Assembly (NCBI GenBank): GCA_902625535.1 | Contig: CACOBT010000007.1 | Location: forward strand, 5,220-69,219 | Direction of reading: 5' to 3' | DNA length: 64,000 nt | DNA from: an uncultured beta proteobacterium | Lineage (GTDB): Bacteria; Pseudomonadota; Gammaproteobacteria; Burkholderiales; Burkholderiaceae_A | In this document: in pieces, positions 30,330 to 38,800 of the stretch | Position numbering within the stretch: position 1 is the stretch's first letter | Layout of the letters: the number at the start of each line of letters is the position of its first letter | The notes under the pieces: model-generated | Database searches by the model: none | Seen by the model: the letters and a program-made list of their open reading frames with translations, nothing else | What the model was told of the DNA's origin: nothing | Position numbers and translations under genes: made by a program

Positions 30330-32349
30330 AAAAAATATATTTGAGTATTTTCATGTGCAAATCGGCAGCCCTATTTGGAACATCGGAATTTCCACTTTCA
30401 GAAACAATAATTCCAACAGCAACTTGGTTATAATCTTTTATTTTTATTTTGTAATTTGTAAGCTTAGCTAAATTTTTAATATCAGTTAGTCCTCCAAAAA
30501 GAGTTTTCCCTCTATGATTTTTATCTTGAAAACTCACTGTACCTGTCTTGCCTAAGATCGGACATCTCTGTTGACATATCCCATTAAAAGTGTTGGAAAA
30601 TGCTTTACTCGCAGTTCCACTCCCTTTCCAATCACTTGTCTCGGGCATTAATACTTGTTCTAAACCCCTTAAAACTGTATTAGCTGAATTTGAGTCTTCT
30701 TTTAGAACAAAACTCTGAGCTTTTTTTGTAGACAAAGAATCAGTCTTTTTTTCCATCATAAAGGGTAAGATAGGATGAACATTGTTTTTTAATTGAAATA
30801 AGTTTGAAATTATTGATGCGACGCCGAGCGCACTAACTCTCGAATCTCCTCCTCCTATAGAAGCCTGGATAATTCGAGTTGTGTTTCCCAATCTTAAATC
30901 ATTACCGATTGAAGATTTATTTAAACCATCCCGAAATTGGTTATAAGCATCCCATGAGAGAAATTCTACGATGCCGTTTTCATTCAACTGCAAACCGTCC
31001 TGGATAGGAAGATAACCTAGGAATGGAGACAGATTACTTTCTAATGAGTCTCCATTTGCAATGAATGGAATACTTCCACAGTTAGGATCAAATGGTCGAT
31101 AAAGTCCCTCGCTTCTTCCGAAAACAGAGCCGTTCGCACAATTTGTAGAAAACCCAAACATATTAATATAGTAACCCGTACGTATCAACGTTGAACAAAT
31201 ATTCCTATCGGTTGCTCCATCACAAATTGCCCTTCTTTCCCACCATTCATTTCTTTTTCCTGATGGGCTTTGATTGTTACCAGAGGTTTTTAGTTGATTC
31301 AATATCTCTACAGTATTATTATTTCCCTCAGAGGCAATGCCTAGACCAAAAAATAATTTTGAAATTGATGCGGGCGGCGAACGTACCCTCAACGTCGCCA
31401 AATCCCCCAACGGCTTAAGCCCATTTTCTGAGCAAAATGACCCCATGCACTTAACACCAATTATGCCACTTGTAAAAGGATCAATTAATACTATAGAAAT
31501 TCCCTCTAATTGATCTATACGTAGAATCGTGGTGTCACAACGCACTGAATCCTCAAAACAAATTTCAAGAGAATTTAAAGACAACTGAATATTCGGATTC
31601 AAGGTTAAAAGATAATCAAAATTTTTGGACTTAATTCCTCCGACTGAACCATCTTGCTTATTTTTTATTTTTGTTTGAGCCTCAAGTTTTCTAGCAGTAT
31701 TTGTCAGATTTTTAAGTTTAGGAAAATTCAAAAATGTTTCTATATTTTCTCGTTCAACGATACAATGCTTAATTGAACCTGCAAGATAGACAAGTTCATC
31801 GGATTGTAACTTATGATAGAGGCATAAAGGTTTTTTCTTCCATTCTAAATCTTCGGTGAGATAAGCCTTAACCATACCTTTAATACTAGAAGACTGATTT
31901 TTTCCTTTAACATTTATTTTTTTTGCCACCTCAAGATCCTGTATCAATTTTATACATTCATTGCGAAAAAATGGATAATAAAACTTACTTATAGATCTGA
32001 TATATTTTTCTTTAGTCATCCCTGGATAATTCCGTAAAATTTTCATTGAGGAAGAATAAATTATATTTTTTGTTCTTTGGTTGCATGAAAACTGATTTAT
32101 AAACTGTACAACCGGATTAAAATTTTGATCCTCTTTGTCATTCGGTCTATAATTAATCGACTCCGGATATGTATTCCACTCCTCTATCAGGTTAGAAATT
32201 CGAGTTACTTTTTCTTTTGGAGCATATGGACCTGTTGTTATCGTGTTTGTCTGTAATGCATTTGAAAGAAATAGAATTATTATTGATATCAAAGAGGATA
32301 ACCCCAGAATATACAAAAATCTAATCACTAATACTTTGCTATAAATCAT
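30322..32349 (-). CDS. penicillin-binding-protein-like transpeptidase (class B-like)
   Basis: N-terminal TM. 'ISIVLIDPFTSGIIGV'. SxxK 'PPAS328ISK331'. SxN candidates 'S356GN' and 'S401TN'. 'IGGGDSRVSALGVASIISN'. 'GK601TGT'. Confidence 0.75.
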   Translation of the reverse strand: MIYSKVLVIRFLYILGLSSLISIIILFLSNALQTNTITTGPYAPKEKVTRISNLIEEWNTYPESINYRPNDKEDQNFNPVVQFINQFSCNQRTKNIIYSSSMKILRNYPGMTKEKYIRSISKFYYPFFRNECIKLIQDLEVAKKINVKGKNQSSSIKGMVKAYLTEDLEWKKKPLCLYHKLQSDELVYLAGSIKHCIVERENIETFLNFPKLKNLTNTARKLEAQTKIKNKQDGSVGGIKSKNFDYLLTLNPNIQLSLNSLEICFEDSVRCDTTILRIDQLEGISIVLIDPFTSGIIGVKCMGSFCSENGLKPLGDLATLRVRSPPASISKLFFGLGIASEGNNNTVEILNQLKTSGNNQSPSGKRNEWWERRAICDGATDRNICSTLIRTGYYINMFGFSTNCANGSVFGRSEGLYRPFDPNCGSIPFIANGDSLESNLSPFLGYLPIQDGLQLNENGIVEFLSWDAYNQFRDGLNKSSIGNDLRLGNTTRIIQASIGGGDSRVSALGVASIISNLFQLKNNVHPILPFMMEKKTDSLSTKKAQSFVLKEDSNSANTVLRGLEQVLMPETSDWKGSGTASKAFSNTFNGICQQRCPILGKTGTVSFQDKNHRGKTLFGGLTDIKNLAKLTNYKIKIKDYNQVAVGIIVSESGNSDVPNRAADLHMKILKYIFFE

Positions 32350-34351
32350 GTATTGACCCTCGTTTGTTAATTCTCATTGTCAATCCAATAAAAAGGCCGT
32401 AGGTAAGGCAGGGTATAATAATCGCCGTAAACCCTATACTTGTGAATGGAATACTTATGCCAGATAAGGGGATTAACCGCCAGTTTCCAAATGTACTTAA
32501 AATTATCTGGATAATACTGCTACATGAAATATAGAAAAGAAATATCGAAAGTAGCCTATTCTCCTTCTCACCTGTTAAAAAAATATAGAAGGTTTTGGCA
32601 GCAATGAACGCAAAAAAACCCACTAGGATCAAAAGAAAAATTATCGCACCATAGAAGCCAAAAATTTTCTCTATCACGAGTGGCATATAATCACTCAAAA
32701 CCTGCAGAGGAACGCAGACACCGTAGTCGTTACACCAGGAATAACCAACCAGAAGACCGTCTTCATCTGAATTAGAAAAATTAATTAGCCTCGCAAAATC
32801 ACTCACTGGCGCATTCATTGGTTCCATCATTAACGTGACGCGCTCCCTAACTTTCTCTGTAAATGAGGCAAAATACCCAAGTACAACTAAAATTAAAAAC
32901 CAAAAGAAAAAAAATCTTAATCCAAAAACTATTGAGACTAGTATCATTATCAATACAAAAGTAATGAATACTCCACCAATATCGTTAAAAATAAATAAAC
33001 TAAAAAAAATTAAAGAAAACGTGATTAATAAGAAGTAAAAAAAAGCTCGATATATATGGACCATGAGAAAATCAGATGTCATGATATTGTCATTTGAGTA
33101 TTTTTTCCAAAATAAAAATTCTTTCAACTTAGTCATACTAAAGGTGCTACTACAATATTTCTGTATCAAGAAAATCTCCCGTGCATGACGGCTAGTCATA
33201 AACGCAGAAAATAAGACTATAAAAATTTTCATTATCTCAGAACCTACTGCGGCAGAAAAACTTGCATAGCCAGCAAAACCGATTAGAATGCCAAAAAAAA
33301 CTAATTTTCTCTGATGTTGATGCATTCGCTGTAACACTATCTTAAAGTAATCTAGATAGAATATTGATGCGAAGAGCACAGTATATCCAACTAACGTGAC
33401 TAAAACTTGTCTTTTGAAAATATCAATAAACGGACTAATAATAAACTGGGAAGAGGTAAATCCGAAATTGATAGCTGCGTCAAGTGTTATATAAAGAGAT
33501 ACGCATATAAAAAAGCACAAGGATGTGAGATAAACTAGCAATGTTTTCGATTGATGTTCCAGATAAAAATAGACTATAAACATTAAGGGGACTATGATAA
33601 TCAACGGTAGATAATTTTTTAATATCGATATTGTACGATGTGTTTCCTCTAATTCACCCCCCTGTCGTAGTATTGTTCCAATTCCCCATGAAACTTTTTT
33701 AAATTCACCGCTAACTTGTGAGTACAACATTCCATCAAGTTCAAGAGATATCAAAAATAAATTGCGATATTGACGTTCTCGTTGTGTTTCATCATGAAAC
33801 AAATTATCTTCTAGGTCTTTGAATCGCTTCTGCAAATTATTTACACGTTGGTCTATTAATAGAGCGAGTGTTTGTTGTTGTTCGCTCCGATCAGAACTCC
33901 CTATTAGATGATTCCTTAGAAAAACCAAAAATTCCAGTTTCTCTCTTTTATCTTGATAAATATTGTTCCAAATCTCCTGGTATGATTTATCACTTAGTTT
34001 CTGGTTCTTTGAACTTGATAATAAACTGGAGATATAGTCTAAATATTTCCTTATTCCGTGATGTTGGAAATTATCGCTGATGATATCTCCTGTAAAACAG
34101 TTAACCTGTTCTACGTTAGTTTGTCTGAATGCTGAGCATAAAATCTCGCTGTCGGATTTCTCACCTAGGATTGGGATTCTAGATTTGTCAAAATTCTCAA
34201 TTTCACTTGCTGTATTTTGATATGCCTCATTTAAAGAGTAAAGCCTGGTTTCGTCGTTGATTAAGCTTAGATTAGATAGGTAGAGCATTACTACCAGTAA
34301 TGATAAAATGAATATAGCGTGTGTGTTTTTTTTATTCGAAAACTTTCTCAT
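32339..34351 (-). CDS. SEDS-family (FtsW/RodA-like) membrane protein with ~240-aa N-terminal extension
   Basis: Polytopic C-terminal ~430 aa with 'NDIGGVFITFVLIMILV' (cf. PDLGTAL) and near-C-terminal 'GISIPFTSIGFTAII' (cf. G-PLPF-SYGGS). 11-nt overlap with the PBP-like gene. Confidence 0.7.
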   Translation of the reverse strand: MRKFSNKKNTHAIFILSLLVVMLYLSNLSLINDETRLYSLNEAYQNTASEIENFDKSRIPILGEKSDSEILCSAFRQTNVEQVNCFTGDIISDNFQHHGIRKYLDYISSLLSSSKNQKLSDKSYQEIWNNIYQDKREKLEFLVFLRNHLIGSSDRSEQQQTLALLIDQRVNNLQKRFKDLEDNLFHDETQRERQYRNLFLISLELDGMLYSQVSGEFKKVSWGIGTILRQGGELEETHRTISILKNYLPLIIIVPLMFIVYFYLEHQSKTLLVYLTSLCFFICVSLYITLDAAINFGFTSSQFIISPFIDIFKRQVLVTLVGYTVLFASIFYLDYFKIVLQRMHQHQRKLVFFGILIGFAGYASFSAAVGSEIMKIFIVLFSAFMTSRHAREIFLIQKYCSSTFSMTKLKEFLFWKKYSNDNIMTSDFLMVHIYRAFFYFLLITFSLIFFSLFIFNDIGGVFITFVLIMILVSIVFGLRFFFFWFLILVVLGYFASFTEKVRERVTLMMEPMNAPVSDFARLINFSNSDEDGLLVGYSWCNDYGVCVPLQVLSDYMPLVIEKIFGFYGAIIFLLILVGFFAFIAAKTFYIFLTGEKENRLLSIFLFYISCSSIIQIILSTFGNWRLIPLSGISIPFTSIGFTAIIIPCLTYGLFIGLTMRINKRGSIHDL

Positions 34352-34366
34352 GGATTCACTGACATA

Positions 34367-34714
34367 ATGAAATCAAAATACTTCCTAGTAACACTATTTA
34401 CTATATCATTACTCATGTCTTTTGGTTGCGATCAAATTTTGAACAGAACTCTGGAATCAATTAAAGAAGTGAAGGAAAATCCACCTACACTAAACCAGGA
34501 AAAAAGCGAGCGAGAAGAATTAATTCCTGATAAGGATAGAATCGTAAATGGCACAGCAAAAGAAGAGGAAAAACCCTCGCAAAAAATAGTAATCGAAAAT
34601 ACTTCGAATGCTGATGATAATCGGATATTAGAAAAAGAATATAATGTGATAGGAACCGACAAAGATGGTCCTTATAGGTCCGGAGAAATTAACCGTATAC
34701 GCTCACGGAAATAA
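34367..34714 (+). CDS. small secreted lipoprotein, unknown function
   Basis: 'MKSKYFLVTLFTISLLMSFGC' signal peptide with lipobox. Glu/Lys-rich mature part. ATG 34367 preferred over GTG 34319. Confidence 0.55.
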   Translation: MKSKYFLVTLFTISLLMSFGCDQILNRTLESIKEVKENPPTLNQEKSEREELIPDKDRIVNGTAKEEEKPSQKIVIENTSNADDNRILEKEYNVIGTDKDGPYRSGEINRIRSRK

Positions 34715-35875
34715 CTATTTATCCTGATCACTTTTTTCTTCGAATGTGGAAATAATTCCCTTAAGGGTACCATCAAACTTTCCAATATCCTCAACAAGTT
34801 CCTCCAAAGTCATATTTTCCCAAATTGCAACTCGTCTTAATACATAAGAGGAGGGACTATGTGGCTCTATTGCCCTCAGTTTTTTCGATAGATCTCTTAT
34901 ATTCTCATAAATTTCATTTCTTTGATCTCTTTCATTCTTTGCAAGTAAGGGACGTTTTTCAACGGCCACTCTACTATTTTTCTTTTGTTCCTCACCGACT
35001 AATATTTTTAAGTCTTGTTGAAGTCCATCTTTGGAAATTGTTTGCTCCATTGGAGAAGATCCTTCAACCATATTAGCCCCCTCTTTAGGTAAATGACTTT
35101 TTATTTTATTATTAAAGAATTCAATTTCTGTAAGAAAAGTTAGCATTTTTACAAATGAAATTGCTTCACTTCCCAGTTTTTCATCCAACAATGAGTCAAT
35201 TTTCTTTACTATCTCTATTGATTCGTTAGTATTCAGGTCCAAATCTTTCAAATAACTAGTATCATCTTTCTGCACATGGATATCCGAAATTTTTGAGTTA
35301 ATTGGCGGAGAATCTTGCCTTTCAAGTTGATTTGTTAGAGTTAATACTCTATTTTTGATCTTCAAATAATCGAGATAGTTGAACTCTTTTTCTCGTCCTT
35401 TATTGCTCGGAAGAAGAACAATATTTTCCATTAAGAAGTCGGGGCCCTTAGTAGCCAGCCACTTATACGGTGCTATACGTGATTCGGGATCAGTTACATC
35501 ATATTTTGGCCATAATGTATCCCAGTACTTTTCAGTAAGTTGGAACATCAGCAAAAGACCAAATTTTAAGCCTTCCATACCCGCCAAGGATGTCCATCCT
35601 TGTATTAAAAATATGCATATACTAAGGTCCTTGGTCTCTGTTTGCAGTAATTCTGAAGAAATATTAACCACTTTTTTCCAATCCGTTTGTTTTAGAGGTC
35701 TTTCCCATTCCCCCATAGGTAGCGTCGGGTCATCCGCATTCTTTTCACTAAGTATGGATAAGTATCTATTATCGTATCGAGCCCATTTTCCAGAAGGATT
35801 TTTTTTCTCAATCGGCTTAAGTAGTCTCGTTAAGTCCATATCAGTAACCGAAAAAATCTCATTCTTTGACTTCAT
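34715..35875 (-). CDS. tssA: type VI secretion protein TssA (ImpA N-domain)
   Basis: ImpA_N pattern 'LLKPIEKKNPSGKWARYDNRYLSI...EWERPLKQTDWKKV...DLSICIFLIQGW'. Last gene of the T6SS operon. Confidence 0.85.
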   Translation of the reverse strand: MKSKNEIFSVTDMDLTRLLKPIEKKNPSGKWARYDNRYLSILSEKNADDPTLPMGEWERPLKQTDWKKVVNISSELLQTETKDLSICIFLIQGWTSLAGMEGLKFGLLLMFQLTEKYWDTLWPKYDVTDPESRIAPYKWLATKGPDFLMENIVLLPSNKGREKEFNYLDYLKIKNRVLTLTNQLERQDSPPINSKISDIHVQKDDTSYLKDLDLNTNESIEIVKKIDSLLDEKLGSEAISFVKMLTFLTEIEFFNNKIKSHLPKEGANMVEGSSPMEQTISKDGLQQDLKILVGEEQKKNSRVAVEKRPLLAKNERDQRNEIYENIRDLSKKLRAIEPHSPSSYVLRRVAIWENMTLEELVEDIGKFDGTLKGIISTFEEKSDQDK

Positions 35876-38800
35876 AGTTGTGGAATCTCTTTAACGTAAG
35901 ACAAAGGAAGTTTCAGTGCTTTACTATCAATTTTTCTTTTTAAAATTATCTTAAAGAAAATCCTCGCGTTGGATGGAGCTCTCCCTTTAGATAATACTTC
36001 ATTATCAATTATCACCGGGAATTCAAATTTTAACGTATCCCCAACAGCATTTTTTTCCTTGGTGACTTTATGCATATTAATCATATCGAGCAAACCCCAA
36101 CTACCAGGAAAGGAATAAATTGCTGTCTTCCCAGAAACCCGATAAAACGGATTTTGGTTATCTCTTTGAGGAGAAACATTTGTATCAGATGCAAACCTAA
36201 GTTCCAGTTTTACGGGTTCTCCAAAGTTCCACTCTATGTCTTTTTTATCGTTAAGGATATTAATCGATTTCCCCCCCGAGTGAAAAACCCATGAAATAAT
36301 TTTATTCCCGTACAATTCTCCATCGCGTCCTCCACGAACTTCTATATCAACTTCATAACCCCGATCATCTTCCTTGCTTTTTACAAGATATGGTGAGAAA
36401 AGGGATTTTAATGTATCCAAATTTGAATAAAACATAGTGACTCTATTTAATGTATCATTCTTATCAATAATCGAAATAACCTTATCCCTGGGAGGAAATT
36501 TTGAAAAAACATTTACCACTTCAAATAAACTTGCCTCTTCCAAAGCTTGATAGTCCTTCGCTGATATATTATTGAAAACTTTGTTTGCGAATGGTTTCTT
36601 CTTGAGTAAAAGATTCTTGTAGTCGAGTGATGCAGATACCCACCTTTCCTGAATACTGTAGCGCCTTAAAGAATCGCAACGCTTAGATATTTCACTTACA
36701 ATCGAACCGTACTTGAGAAAAAAAAAGTTATTATTATTTTTATTAATATCAACCTTATCTAATTTATCTCTACAATTTTCGATTGAAAAATCCTCATAGA
36801 TATCCTCTAAAAAATTTTGTAGTTGCATTAGAGTGCTACTCGGAATATTCTTATTGTAATTATAAATTTCAGAACCGATCATTCCCCAATAGTTTTTTTC
36901 GGACTTGTAATATTTTGTAGGGAGACCATCTAGATAAGCTTTTGCTAAATCACTAATTTTTTCTAATTCCGACATTTGGAATCTAAAAAATTCCTTCAAT
37001 TCCATAAAAGATTGTACCGAGTAGGAGGATTCGATTAAACCTATTCCTCCATCCCAATCTTGCACTCTTTCAAAGGCAGGAAGTAGAAAATCTTTCTCAC
37101 TTAAATAATTATTTAAAACCCCAAGTCTATTTGCAGCATCGGATATTATGATATTTTCGATTAATATCGCTTCGTTATTATGACCTGATCGTCGAGAAAA
37201 TTCCTCCGCTTGTCGCAATAGTTTGAGATTTTCTAAATATTTTTCTGAATTTTCATTTTGTAAGTTAAAGGAAGCGATGTAATCATCGATTTTTTTTCCA
37301 GAATATGCTTTTTTCAACAGATAAAAAAGATTCAGTACTTTTTCCTTATTTATACGATCCTCTACTATTTCGCTTTCGAACTTCTCAAAAGAAGGAATTT
37401 TTGATATGGCAGAAGAATCATCCATCTCTTGCAAAGATACAATTCGCTGTAAAACATCATAGTCCCAGAAATTAATTTCGTCCCCAAGCATAAAAGCCAT
37501 TTTCACATCGTTTAAGCCTTCATTTAGTATGTTTTCCCTAGCTACCGCGTCATTCAAGATAATTTCCTTAAGTTTTTGTATGTCGTTGCCTTGATTCATA
37601 TTTTTCATGAAAATAAGTACTTCGCTAAGCTTGGAAAGAGAATTAAAATATGTTGTAAGATTTCTGTTGTTTAAATCAAAACCAAACTGAATTGAGTCCT
37701 CGGCTCTATTAGAATAAGCTCTTCTAATTAATGATATTATTTTTTTCTCAACTTGGTTATCGATGCTTTCGAGCACACGGTCTCTGTATTCAGTCGGAAA
37801 TAAAATCAAGTCCTTGTTCAGGTACTTATCTCTAGAACTCCGTAGCGTTAAAGCATCATCTAAGTAATTAGTATCCCATTCAACAATTGGTCTATCCTCA
37901 TTAATTGTCATTTTTGAGTCAACATTAATAGACATAATTGGCGCAGATAAAAGTTTCTCGATAGCTTTTTGTAAATCTCTTCTTTTCTCGGAAAGGATTA
38001 GAACTTGATTTCCATTGTCATTACGACCAATCTCAATACCCTCTTCCGTACCTCTCTGAAGAACTAAGGACTCATAATTGACACGTAACCGTCCAAACTC
38101 TTTGTTTGCTCTTACCTTAATATCGGATGATATATTTGGACCTAATAGCGTATTATTTTGAATTTCTTGTAAAAATTCTTCATAGTTATCTCCCAAATCT
38201 AATTGATCCTTCAACATCCACAAACCTCCTCCTTTTGTCAACAGGATTTCCTGGTCTTGGATACTAGAAAGAATTTCCTCAAGGAGTTCTACAATTTCAT
38301 CTCCGCTAAGTTTTATAAAATCGGCAGTTAAGAATCTTTCTTGTGCCTCTACTATTTTTCGCTCATCTTCTAACAATGAATTTAAAGAAAATAATTCATC
38401 GTTCAAATTCAAAACACCCTCAATGAGCGAGCACTTCAAAGCGTTAGAGATAATTTTTGAGCTTATCACCTCTTTATTCTTATTAACTGTTTTATTAAAC
38501 AAGCTTGTTACACCAGATAAATCGCCATATAAATCGACTTGTAAAGCAAAACTCGTTAAATATCGAAAATCATCATTACTACTCCTCCCGTTATACCGTA
38601 ACCTGTTCATCGCCAAAACTGCTCTCTCTAACTCCTTTGATTTAGCTAAAAAGGTTTCGAGGGATCTGAAGTTTGGTGAATCGGAGAGCTTTAAAGATCT
38701 CCCTTCAGGAGGAGCTAATTTGCCGCTATCTCGTTCCGGTGGCTTGCAAGTATTATCCCTGAGCGATAGACTTCCAGTTACGGGGTCATAATATGAACCT

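Noticed and set aside
34378-34390. ATACTTCCTAGTA upstream of the SEDS operon start, considered as a fourth operator
   Set aside because: The half-site spacing differs (about 4 nt versus 2 nt) and the right half is AGTAA rather than AGTAT. It is too degenerate to claim without a statistical scan.
35379-35894. 171-aa ORF antisense to tssA. Similar long antisense ORFs lie at 43352-43690, 42119-42466, 38423-38791, 46089-46373, 56415-56849 and 58762-59229.
   Set aside because: These are shadow ORFs on the opposite strand of well-supported genes. Their translations are Ser/Leu/Phe-rich and low in complexity, with no motifs.
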